From assembly GCF_009914755.1 (NCBI RefSeq), contig NC_060934.1: DNA of 64,000 bases. One strand, written 5' to 3'. Both the position numbers and the translations under genes were made by a program. Shown here one piece after another: positions 40,982-53,355 of this stretch (its first letter is position 1; each line of letters begins with the position of its first letter). The stretch is from the human T2T-CHM13v2.0 reference genome, Homo sapiens. The notes below the pieces were generated by a model. The model saw nothing but the letters and a program-made list of their open reading frames with translations, searched no databases and was not told the DNA's origin.

Positions 40982-42164
40982 GTAGGTTATTTGAAAAGTT
41001 ATGTGGCCAGTTTATGATAAAGATTGTTTTCCTTATATATCAAACTTAGACATTAATCTTAGGATTGAATAGAACATTTATCCACTTTATAATTTTTCTT
41101 AAAATTACAAGAACAGTTACTTCACGAGAGAAAATTTAGCTGATTTAAACAAGCTGAAGAATGTCCAACATTAAGAGAAATATGTACCTTATGAAAGATT
41201 AGTCTTTTTCTTCTTTAAGAATTGCTAAATGTAAGTCCTTACAAAAAAGTGGAAAGCAACTTGTTTACAGATAGTACTTAGGAGAATGTGCAGTATGATT
41301 TTTTAGTTTTTATTATAACTTAATTTTTAAAAGGGAATGCAATCACATTATTCCAAATTTGAAATATAATAGATGTATACAATGAGAAGGAAATACTTCC
41401 CACTCCTTCGAGCTGTCAAGTTTACCTTCACAGCATCAAATGTTACCAATTTCTTTCTTTTTCTGCACTTCTCCCTCCTTCCCATTTTCTTGTATGACCA
41501 CTTCATTTTCTGTCGTACTTAGACCTTCTCTAAAGATTGGAGCACTTTTTTTTTTTTTTTTAAACTTTGAGGTAGTTACCAAATAATACTTAAATGTGTA
41601 AGGTCTGACAAATATTAATACAACAAATGCTGTTTCTACCACTATAAAAGTGACTACTGAATGTTGTGTTTATCTAAACTTTAAAAAATATAATTTAACC
41701 ATATTTTTTAATCTCTAAACAGTATTTTCTTCTCAAACTTTTATTTTTCACATCATATTTCTGAGATTGATTTTGTACAGTCGTAATTAATCATTTTCAC
41801 CTCTGTATAGTATTCTGTTGTGTGACTTAGCGCAATTTATTTAGTCTCTTGTTGATGACCATTTAGATTGTTTATTATTTTTTGCCCATAGCCATAATGC
41901 AAATATCTTCTATATGCTCTTGGTACACATATGCAAAAGTTTATATACCAAGTGGGGAATTACTGTGTTAGAGGATATGAAGTGTTATCTCATGGTAGTT
42001 TTAATTTGCATTCTTTTGATTGCTAATGAAGTACAGCTTCTATTCATATTTTTATTTCTATTTGTCTATCCCAGTTTCTGCTCTGTTGAAGTCATTTGTT
42101 CATTTTAATTGTGCTGTCTTTTTTTTTTTTTTTAAAGTATGTAGTTTTTATTTTTACTTATTTA

Positions 42165-42533
42165 AAAAAAATTTACTGGTTTATTATAAAGGATACAACT
42201 CAAGAACAGACAAATAGAAGGGATACACAGGACAGATTAAGGGGGACAGAGGGTGGTGCAGAGCTTCTGTGCCCTCTCTGGGTGTACCACCCTCCTAAGA
42301 CCTCAGTGTGCTCACCAAGTGGGACACTCTCTGAACCTCACTGTACAATAGTTCTCATGACTCAATCTCCAACCCTCCTCTCTTCCACAGAGTTTGGTGG
42401 GTGGGACTGAAATTTCCAACTCTAATCATTTTTGGTCTTTTGGTGAGTAGCCCTACCCTTAAGCTATTTCAAAGGAGCCTCCACTCAAAGCTATTTCATT
42501 AGCATAAATTCAGGTGTGATTAAAAGGGGGCTC
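42165..42533. mobile_element. MER21-like LTR fragment
   Basis: 'ggtttattataaaggatacaactc', 'gagcttctgtgccctctctggg', 'cattagcataaattcaggtgtgatt'. Confidence 0.7.
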
Positions 42534-42715
42534 TTTTTTCTAAGTTTATTTATTTTGTTTTGGGACAGGATCTTACTCTGTCACCCAATCTGGAGTGCAG
42601 TGGCGTGATCATAGCTCACTGTAACTTTGAACTCCTGGGCTCAAGTGATCCTCCCATCTCAGCCTCCCTAGTAGCTGAGACTACAGGTGTGCCACCATGC
42701 CCTAGCTCCTTTTAA
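42534..42715 (-). mobile_element. Partial AluJ/FRAM
   Basis: Single Alu arm. Confidence 0.85.
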
Positions 42716-42779
42716 ATTTATTGTATTGTTAAAGTCTTTTTTATTGCTACTTATAGAGGTATCTCTTTTCAAGTATAGA

Positions 42780-43305
42780 TAGCAGTCCCCAGCCTTTTTG
42801 GTACCAGTGATTGGTTTTGTGGAAGACAATTTTTCCATGGACCAGGGTAGGGGCTGGCTGCTTTAAGGATGATTCAAACACATTACAGTTATTGTGCACT
42901 TTATATTATTATTACATTGTAATATATAATGAAGCAATTATACAATTCACCATAATGTAGAATCAGTGGGAGCCCTGAGCTTGTTTTCCTACAACTAGAC
43001 GGTCCCATCTGGGGGTGATGGGAGACAGTGGCAGATCAGCAGGCATTAGATTCTCATAAGGAATGCACAACCTAGGTTCATTGCATGCAGAGTTCACAAT
43101 AGGGTTTGCACTCCTATGAGAATCTAATGCCTCTGTTGATCTGACAGTAGGCGGAGCTCAGGCGGTAATGTGAGTGATGGGGAGTGGCTGTAAATACAGA
43201 TGAAGCTTCACTCCCTTGTCTGCCGCTCACCTCCTGCTGTGTGGCCCAGTTCCTAACAAGCTATGGATCAGTATTTGTCTGTGGCCAGGTGGTTGAGGCT
43301 CCCTC
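42780..43305. mobile_element. MER1A-like hAT-Charlie element
   Basis: 'gtccccagcctttttgg', 'gtggaagacaatttttcc', 'ggcattagattctcataagg'. Confidence 0.8.
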
Positions 43306-43528
43306 CTCATATAGATGACTATTTAACATTACTCTAATGATGGGTATTAAAAGTATTTTCTATTTCTCAAATGTGTAGTTTTAAAGCAAATAATAATAAT
43401 TATAGCAATTTAATCTAGGCCAGCTGCTATGCTGAGTTGACATATTATCTTAATCCTCACACAATATCGGGTATAGACACTGTTTTTAACTTCCATTTTG
43501 TTGATAAGAAAACAGACATTGAGGGATA

Positions 43529-44261
43529 CAGTAGTCTCCCTTTACTGGCAGTTTTGCTTTCTGTGGTTTCAGTTACCTGTGGCCAACCATGAGCTGAAAA
43601 TACTAAATAGAAATTCCAGGAATAAACAGTTCAATTGCAGGTCATTCTGAGTAGTGGGTCAAAAGCTTGTGCCATCCTGTCCTGCCTGGAGTTAGAATTA
43701 TCCCTTTGCCTAGCATATCCACATTGTTAGTGCTACCTATTAATCACTTAGTCATCTCAATTATCAGATCACGTGTCATGGTATCAGGGACAGTGTTTGT
43801 GTTCAAGTAACTTTTATTTTACTTAATAATGGTCTCAACATGCAAAAGTAGTGATGCTGGCAATTCAGATAAGCCAAAATGTTGTTGTAAAGGGCTTCCT
43901 TTAAATGAAAAGGTAAAAGTTCTTAACTTAATAAATAAAGAAAAAAAATTGTAATCTGAGGTTGCTAAGATCTATGGTAAGAACAAATCTTCCATCTGTG
44001 AAATTGCGAAGAAGAAAAAAGAAATTTATGTTAGTTTTGCTGGTGCACCTCACTGCAAAAGTTATGGCCACAATTCATGATAATTGCTTAGCTAAGATGG
44101 AAAAAGCATTAAATTTGTGGGTGGAGGATGCAAACAGAAGTGTGTTTCTATTGATGGTGTCTGGGTTCAATACTGTCCACTGGGGATCTTGAAATACTAT
44201 CCAATGTTTCAGGTATCCACTGGCGATCTTGAAACATATCCCCTGTGGATAAGGGGGAACT
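43529..44261 (+). mobile_element. MER44/Tigger7-like element inserted in a MIR
   Basis: ta|cagtagtctccc ... gataagggggaact ends; decayed transposase fragment (KMEKALNLWVED) in ORF 43962..44192. Confidence 0.8.
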
Positions 44262-44538
44262 TGTCCTTGTCTAAGTTCACTTGTCTTAGTCTTAATAAGA
44301 CTTGTCTAAGTTCACTCAGTAGTAAGTGCTAGAGCCAGAATGGAAACCGAGGCAGTCCTTACATGCATCTTTGTGCAGCACATAGCCTCTATTATTGTTA
44401 GTTATATAGTTGATGAAGATGGTGTTTATTACTTGAAGCCTCATTTTTTTAAACAAAATTAGCAAATATTATGAATATGTGATTATCATGTATGTATTAT
44501 TGGAACATAAAGCTTAAAACAATGTAAGAATCCTCTGA

Positions 44539-44883
<345 letters not shown>

Positions 44884-45690
44884 TTCTCTATGCTTTTTAT
44901 GGGGCATCTTTTCATTTAATTTCCTTCCGTTTTTGAGCTCTCTAGCGAGTGTGAAAATGGAGTTTTGGCAGTAAAGCTCCACAAGGGAATAGAAGAGAAG
45001 GCTCTGCTGCCAGTTAGATAACTTCCCTCTGGAAATCCTGGCAAGATGTACTGAAAGGTTTCAGAGGGGGTTGGTATGATGGAAACTAGTATAAGGATGT
45101 ACCTATATTAGCTTTTTTGGGTGAGAAATTAATATATATATTAGTCCATAGTACCTCGATTTCCCTACGTTTATGGCATTAGATTACCGGCAACAGCAGA
45201 AATCAATTGACCTTCACTTGCGTGGGTACCTTTTGATTTTGTGATTGTTCCATTTTCTTCCCTGCATGTCATTATTAGCTTTTAAAGTTTTTCTTGTATT
45301 CCTGGATTATATTACTCAATAAACTTTGGAAATTTGAATCAGTATTTTTCTCTCAGAATATCTTTATTGATTTTTCCTTGGTAATTATTTCCCTATTATG
45401 TATAGATGTTATGATAATTCTTTTTTGAGAGAACTTAAAAAGTTTGAGATTCTTAAATAATGGAACAAGAAATTGAGTTTTTCATATGCATTCTTCATTA
45501 GAGTATTAAAACATTTTCTAATAATTTGAAGCTATAGTGTGTTTGATTTGTAGTATATTAAAATCTGTCATTTTTCTTTTAGGCTGTAAAGGATGTGAAT
45601 CTTTGAACATAGTTGCCATGAATCTTAAATAACAAAAAGCAGTTAGTATTTTTAAAATATTCCATTTGTTTTATAAACATTATTTTGTAG

Positions 45691-45810
45691 GTATCTGTAA
45701 TGCGTGATGAGGATAAATTACTGAGGATTAAAATTAATGAACTGGAGAAAAAGAAAAACCAGTGTTCTCAGGAATTAGATATGAAACAGCGAACCATTCA
45801 GCAACTCAAG
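45691..45810 (+). CDS. KIF20B: KIF20B exon 22
   Basis: VSVMRDEDKLLRIKINELEKKKNQCSQELDMKQRTIQQLK; 120 nt. Confidence 0.96.
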
Positions 45811-45989
45811 GTAAACAGTTTTGTTTTTAAAGATGATTTAAATGCATTCTCTTGGTATATTTTAGTGTACAAAAAGGTACAAATTTGTTTTTAATAACAT
45901 CCTGTTTTGACTTTTTCTAGAATCTAGAAATAAATTATTTAAAATTAAATAGGCAAAAAAGAAAAAAAAAAGATAAAATTAAGTAGGCC

Positions 45990-46470
45990 AGTAGTGACTC
46001 TCTTCTAATGAATAGACTATGGAAAAGAAAAAATAATAACTTCATAGTGAAGAAACCTAGCAGATACCACTTTAACCAAGTGTTTAAGAATAACATTACC
46101 ATTAGTCATATTGATGCTGTGTGCTTCCTGGTTTGATGTGACCAGAAAGGCACATACCCTCTTTGGTATTCTTTCCCTAAATTTATAACCTCAGACTCTT
46201 CACGAAAAAACATTAGACAAACCCAAATGGAGGATGTTATACTTACTGCTTCACCAGTATGAAGTATAAAGTGTCAGGGTCATTAAAGACAAGTAAAGAC
46301 TGGTGAATGATGGTGAAGTCTGGAGTGTAATTAATAGTAGTATACCAATGTTAATTTCTTGATTTTTGATAAATGTACCATGGTAGTGTAATATGATAAC
46401 ATTAAGGGAAGCTAAATTCTTTGGAACTCTTGCAAAGCTAAAATTATTTTGAAATAAAATGCAAAAAAAC
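45990..46470 (+). mobile_element. Old L1MC/MD 3' end
   Basis: 'gtgaagaaacctagcag', 'cattagacaaacccaaatggagg', 'aatgttaatttcttgattt'. Confidence 0.6.
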
Positions 46471-47125
46471 AAAAAGAGTTGAGGTCTTACAGCAAATTCC
46501 TTTTAAAAATGATATTTAAAAGGCAAAATCCCTTTATTGTATATGGTTATTTTTTGCTTGATATCAACCAAATGGATGAGGCAACAATAAAAAAAATACA
46601 TTTGTTATATTATTTTCATGTTTGCTTTTAAATGAAGCAAACTAATGAATAGTCAGGTATAAATACATGATTTTAATTCTTAAGGTAATCATAATAAAGC
46701 ATTCTATAACAATAGGATTCGAGATCTCCATATTCCATAATGATTCACTCTTAAGACTTACAAAGTGATGAGATAGTGGTGACATTAGATGAGATTGGGG
46801 GTGAAGTTTGGATTACATGATAAGTTACAATTAGAACTGTAGGATATCTGGTCCCCATAATTTAATCTTGCCTCTTAAGGCTTATTTTTTTCCAATCTTG
46901 CAGCTACTTTCTAGGTAAAAGGGGTGGAGAGCTCTTTTTTCCTTCATTTTGAGTTTAAGTTTACCAGTGAGGAAGCTTTTAATGGTTTTTCTTGTTCCTT
47001 CTATGTTAAATACACAGTAGAACTTCATTTTCCCTTGTTTCTGCTTTTTGTGGTTTGTAAGAAAACATTTATCTAAAATGTTGAGTAAGTAAAATAACCG
47101 GGTCATAACGTAGATTAAAAGTATA

Positions 47126-47438
47126 GGCTGGGCACAGTCGCTCACGCATGTAATCCCAGCACTTTGGGAAGCCGAGGCAGACGGATCACAAGGTCAGGAG
47201 ATCGAGACTAGCCTGACCAACACGGTGAAACCCCGTCTCTACTAAAAATACAAAAATTAGCCAGGCGTGGTGGCACACGCCTATAATCCCAGTTACTCAG
47301 GAGGCTGAGGCAGGAGAATCGCTTGAACCCAGGAGGTGGAGGTTGCAGTGAGCCAAGATTGCGCCACTGCGCTCCATCCTGGGTGGCAGAGGGAGACTCC
47401 ATCTCAAAAACAAACAAACAAATAAATAAATAAATAAA
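47126..47438 (+). mobile_element. AluS
   Basis: Alu consensus. Confidence 0.95.
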
Positions 47439-47451
47439 GGCATATAAAGTG

Positions 47452-47580
47452 TTTTTTTTAAATTTTTTTAAATTTTAATTTTAATTTTTATTTTTTGAGA
47501 TGGAGTCTCGCTTTGTCGCCAGGCTGGAGTACAGTGGTGCGATCTTGGCTCACTGCAATCTTGGCTCACTGCAATCTCTA
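47452..47580 (-). mobile_element. Truncated Alu 3' end
   Basis: T-rich tail plus ~85 nt of right arm with duplicated atcttggctcactgca. Confidence 0.88.
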
Positions 47581-47781
47581 CTTCTTCTTTCCCCTGCTCT
47601 CACCCTACCCTTTTCTCCAAGATGAAAGACAGTTGGAAGCTTGAGACTGGTACCAGCTGGTATACCAGCTATATAGGAGACTGATTTCAAACTTAATATT
47701 GAGCCCTGTTTTCAAGATCCACTGTTAAATATTGTGTTTTTAAGTTAATTTGCAATTAATTTATATTCTTTCAATTTGTAG

Positions 47782-47842
47782 GAGCAGTTAAATAATCAGA
47801 AAGTGGAAGAAGCTATACAACAGTATGAGAGAGCATGCAAAG
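47782..47842 (+). CDS. KIF20B: KIF20B exon 23
   Basis: EQLNNQKVEEAIQQYERACK; AAG|gtcagg; 61 nt. Confidence 0.93.
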
Positions 47843-47864
47843 GTCAGGAACAAGTTTGTACTTC

Positions 47865-48625
47865 TGGAACCAGAAAAGTTCTCTTATTCCCCTTGCAGGG
47901 CATGCGATGGGGGTATGACTTGCTTCATTGGTGCCCTGCAGCTCAAACCCCTAGGGGGAGCATGCAGACGGGCAGGTCTTGAGTGTGGGCTCTGACCCTG
48001 TGGCAGCATCTGGGGTTGAGTGTTTACAGCTCCTGAAGGCCCCAGTGGGCGTGTTCTACAGGGTGTTTTTTCAGCCTAGCCGTCCACAGGCGGCTTGTGT
48101 TAATCAGCTCAATTAGACCCTCTGCCTTATTGCAAGGACAGAGGGCTTTCTGTATCCCGGGATTCTTGCTCTAGTGTACTGGAAAAATCGGATCACACAT
48201 GGGCGTGTAGAAGGTTTTATTGAGTGGAGTTAGCTCTCTGCAGATGTATGGGGAGCCAGAAGGGGATGGAGCGGGAAGGTGGTCTTGCCCTGGGCGGCCG
48301 GACTCTCCTCTGACTGCCCGCAACCAAATTCCGTGTCATCTCACAGTAGATGGCCTGCCAGCATCTGCTGGTATCTGCTGGTGTGTTCTTCCAGTGTGTT
48401 CCTCTAGATGTTCAGCTGCTTGTGTGTGTGCCTGCCAGGGTCTCAGGGTTTTTGTAGGCACAGGATGGGGGCGTGGCAGGCCAGGGTGGTCTTGAAAAAT
48501 GCAACATTTGGGTGTGAAAACAGGAGTGCCTGTCCTCACTCTGTGGGCACAGGCCCGAGGGTGGAGCCTTCACCAGGGACCCTGCCTTTCTGTACCCAGC
48601 ACTTCCCTGCCTGCCTCCCATATCA
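47865..48625 (-). mobile_element. Solo ERV1 LTR, MER50-like
   Basis: TG...CA termini, 4-bp TSD CTTC (47861-47864, 48626-48629); minus-strand start TGATATGGGAGGCAGGCAGGGAAGTGCTGGG. Confidence 0.85.
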
Positions 48626-48963
48626 CTTCCAGTACTAAAATTACAAAACAGGTAGTTGCAATAACAACTGGTTAACATTTCCTTTGAAAATTCTGAAGGG
48701 AAGTGAGGGCAACATAAGATGCAGCTTTATCAAAAGTGAAAAGTAGTGATTCTAATGAATAATTTGTTAACTTAAAGCTTATTCTTAGAAAAATAAAATA
48801 AGTAGTCAAAGCAACATTGATTTCTTGTAACGGCCAGTATTTTGTGAAAAATAAAGCCAGTCAAACTTTTATGTAGGTCACAATGAATGGCATAGATTTC
48901 TGGACGAAATTGTGTAAAGAATAAACTTCAAATAAAATATCTTTAAAATTAAAATGTGTATTC

Positions 48964-49785
48964 TGAACGGACACTTCTCAAAAGAAGACATTTATGCAGC
49001 CAAAAAACACATGAAAAAATGCTCATCATCACTGGCCATCAGAGAAATGCAAAGCAAAACCACAATGAGATATCATCTCACACCAGTTAGAATGGCAATC
49101 ATTAAAAAGTCAGGAAACAACAGGTGCTGGAGAGGATGTGGAGAAATGGGAACACTTTTACACTGTTGGTGGGACTGTAAACTAGTTCAACCATTGTGGA
49201 AGTCAGTGTGGCGATTCCTCAGGGATCTAGAACTAGAAATACCATTTGACCCAGCCATTCCATTACTGGGTGTATACCCAAAGGACTATAAATCATGCTG
49301 CTATAAAGACACATGCACATGTATGTTTATAGCAGCACTATTCACAATAGCAAAGACTTGGAACCAATCCAAATGTCCAACAATGATAGACTGGATGAAG
49401 AAAATGTGGCACATATACACCATGGAATACTATGCAGCCATAAAAAATGATGAGTTCATGTCCTTTGTAGGGACATGGATGAAGTTGGAAATCATCATTC
49501 TCAGTAAACTATCGCAAGAACAAAAAACCAAACACCACATGTTCTCACTCGTAGGTGGGAATTGAACAATGAGAGCACATGGACACAGGAAGGGGAACAT
49601 CACACTGTGGGGACTGTTATGGGGTGGGGGGAGTGGGGAGGGATAGCATTGGGAGATATACCTAATGCTAGATGACGAGTTAGTGGGTGCAGCGCACCAG
49701 CATGTCACATGTATACATATGTAACTAACCTGCACATTGTGCACATGTACCCTAAAACTTAAAGTATAATAATAATAATAATAAA
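48964..49785 (+). mobile_element. 5'-truncated L1PA2-like LINE-1 (ORF2 C-terminus + 3'UTR)
   Basis: ORF 48954..49565 is ORF2p C-terminus (HFSKEDI...WMKLE...SLVGGN*); 3'UTR GATGACGAGTTAGTGGG (not L1HS ACA/ACG); (AAT)n tail. Confidence 0.95.
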
Positions 49786-49826
49786 ATTTTTAAAAAGCTG
49801 CTTAATAATTTAGATTCAAATCCTAG

Positions 49827-50193
<367 letters not shown>

Positions 50194-51259
50194 ACAAAAT
50201 TTCTTTTATAGATGATACATATTTCTGTTTTTAAAATGATACAGACTCCTCTCCTCCTCATTACCCCTTAACTTCTTTGTTCTGTGAGTGGCAGAACTAG
50301 GATTTGAACCCAGGTGTGCTTCACTCTTAAGTCTCAGACTCTCTTTACTAATCCATGTTATTTGTACTTGGCCAACAAAAGAAAGGGTAACACAACCAGA
50401 TTATTACTTATTTAGCTGACTTATACATTGGTGGGGTTAACTTGGATGGGTAACTTGGATGTGAAAATATATCTCTGCACACAGTACTGTTTTCTTCTGC
50501 CTTTCTTAGGCCTTGTCACCCTAACATCTCCTATTTCATAGGAAATAGTTCATAGCTATCTTTTAGGATTCCCCTTTACTTTGGCTCCTTTGTCCCTCTT
50601 GGTGAATGTGGACACATCTTAGATACTCTGGAAAAGTCTACCCTTGGACCAGGTTGCCCTATAGTTTTTATCATATTTTAATTTTTGTTTTCTTTGCCAA
50701 ATATGGAGAAGTATGGCATAGGCCCACCGTGACTATTTTAATCTGACTTCCACCTTTTCTATGCTTCTAAGTCACTTGTAACCTACATATGTTAAAATCT
50801 GTCAGCATTTTGCAATCCCTGCTTTTTATTTTTCATTATTTTGGTGTTATTGTACACTCTTCTTTTCCTCAGTTATATTTATAAAGTAGTATTTATTGTA
50901 TGTGTATTTTTTCTAAATATAAAGGTAATCTATAGCTCCTCCCACCTTTTGAAACTCTCTTGTCTCAGCTTTTATGATCTATTCTGTACTAGTTACCACT
51001 TTTCTCTCAGAATGAGTCTCAGCCACTTTGGTAACTTGCCTGATTAAGATGTCGTTATCTTTTTTTAAAATTATTTTTTCCTTTAGAGAGAAAATGCTCT
51101 TGTGATTTAAGTTGTGTATGAGACATTTCCCTACAAATAGACAACAAACAAAACTATATCTTTAACTCTTAAGGCTTTCCCTGCCTCCTAAATTTCTATT
51201 TATTCACGGAATGCCTTTCACTTACCTATCTTTAATATTGAATTATTAAACAATGGAGA

Positions 51260-51760
51260 TCTAATATATGTAACATAAAATTTACCTTTTAAAAGTGTAC
51301 AGTTTAGTGGGCTTTAGTACTTTCTATTCACAAAATTGTACAACCATCACCACTATCTAATTACTGTGTGTTTATAGTAACGTAAAGTGACAAGTGAACA
51401 TTTTTGTCACTTCAAAAAGAAACCCTGTACCCATCAGCAATCATACCCCATTCACCCCATCCCTCCAGCTCCTATCAGCCACTAATCTACTTTCTGTCTG
51501 TATGAATTTGCCTATTATGGACAATTCATGTTAAGTCAGTTCATACAATATACGGCCTTTTGTGTTTGACTCTTCTTAGAATAATGTTTCCAAGTTTCAT
51601 CCATATTGTGTATGTATCCGTACTTTATTCCTTGCTATGGCTGAATAATATTCCGCATTTTATGTATCAGTTGATAGACATTTGGGTTGTTTCCACTTTT
51701 GGCTTTTATGAACATTTATATGCAAGTTTTTGGGTAAACTTATAGTTTTAATTTTCTTGG
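51260..51760 (-). mobile_element. Old L1MB-type 3' fragment
   Basis: 'aaagtgtacagtttagtgg', 'ccactaatctactttctgtc', 'gacatttgggttgtttccac'. Confidence 0.75.
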
Positions 51761-53229
51761 GGATGGTAAGCAAGTGTTGAATATGCAGCACTTGATTGCT
51801 TGTTCATTTAATAGTCATTTATTTCACTATGATTGCTCATAACTATCCTTAGATAATATCTTTAGATAGCTATGATGAGATATCTGTCTCAGACTTCTTT
51901 ACTTTGCTTTATTTTCCATTTTATCATTTTGGTGTGTATTTTGGGGTTCTTTCCTGAAATAAAATGTAAATTACTGGAGTCAATGACTGATTAAATAATT
52001 ATCTTTTTGCCTTTACTGCTCTAGTTTGCTAGCTTTCAAATAATAGGTGAGTAGCCATTAGTGAGGTTACCATTGGTGTTCTGGAAATTTTTTAATTGAT
52101 AATTAGATTTGTAAATTCTTTTTCTAGTCCTCAGTTTAGAGTCAAAAATGCAAAGTGTAAGAGGGAGGGAATTCTTTGAATAAAATTATAATTAATTGTG
52201 TAATATGAATATATTTGAAAATCATGCTTTTTGAAAGAGATTTATATGATAATATGAAGGTGACTTTAATCCTAGGAGGAATTCTGTTTTACTAGCACAC
52301 CTGAAAGCCTGCATCAATGGAAAAATACTAAAAACTGCTCATACAGTTTTCTCTTACTGTTTAGTTTGTTTTACCTTTGTTTTATGTGCACTTTGAGGGA
52401 GCCATCTTTGGGTATTTGTGTTACTAAAAGCAGCCTGAGATTGAGCTGTGCATTTATAGCTTTATCACCTCTGACATCAGTAATAGTTGGTAAGAGTTCT
52501 CTGAAATGAGCCCTGCTACTAGGTGCCATCACCAGAGGCAACAAACTGATCTTCCCTCTTTATCCGTTTCCTGCAGACAGGGTTAATATATAGTTGCTTA
52601 CAAGTAATTGCTGTAGTCATTCTTCAAGGGCCAGAAACAATTTTAGGAAGGCTGTTATTACTAGCTTTTCAAAAGCCATTTCTGAGGAGCTGGTTTTAAA
52701 TAAAAATTTAAAATAGAAACAAATATTTGACTCTGAATATTTTTCTAGAAAAAGTAACTACTTGATGTTAAAAAAAATAGTTCAAATTGGGATTGAGCTT
52801 TTTTAGTTTTAGGAGGTAAAGGTTTTAGTTTGATTGGAGAATATTAACACTGAAAATAAGTATTTTGCCAAATAATGGTTTTTCCCCCTAAATCCTAAGA
52901 TTTATGTTCATAGTAATAGTTAGTTGTATCGGAATAGTTTAATTGTATTAGAAATTGTTAATTTTACCTGAAAAAACTTTTTTCCATTCATCCACTCTTG
53001 CAATCATCCAAGCATCCATCTTTACACCAAATATATATTTAGTATGTCATATATACCAGTACTGTTGTAGACATTGAGGATATTGCGATGAATAAGACAA
53101 AGTTTCTGCCTATATGGAACTAATATTCTATTACAGTTAATAAAAATGTATTTTAATTTTAGAAGAACTTAAGAAAAATTGGATATCTAGAGGCTATTAA
53201 TTTCTAAAATGTTCTCCCCCGATTTTTAG

Positions 53230-53355
53230 ATCTAAATGTTAAAGAGAAAATAATTGAAGACATGCGAATGACACTAGAAGAACAGGAACAAACTCAGGTA
53301 GAACAGGATCAAGTGCTTGAGGCTAAATTAGAGGAAGTTGAAAGGCTGGCCACAG
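53230..53355 (+). CDS. KIF20B: KIF20B exon 24
   Basis: (D)LNVKEKIIEDMRMTLEEQEQTQVEQDQVLEAKLEEVERLAT; 126 nt. Confidence 0.96.

Noticed and set aside
43962-44192. Tigger transposase-like ORF as a domesticated gene
   Set aside because: Short, frameshifted remnant inside a non-autonomous element
48118-48146. Hairpin CCCTCTG-CCTT...AAGG-A-CAGAGGG as a small RNA
   Set aside because: Inside the LTR, likely part of its consensus; too short for a pre-miRNA
48954-49565. 203-aa ORF as an independent gene
   Set aside because: LINE-1 ORF2p C-terminus from a truncated copy with a fortuitous flanking ATG; lacks EN and RT domains
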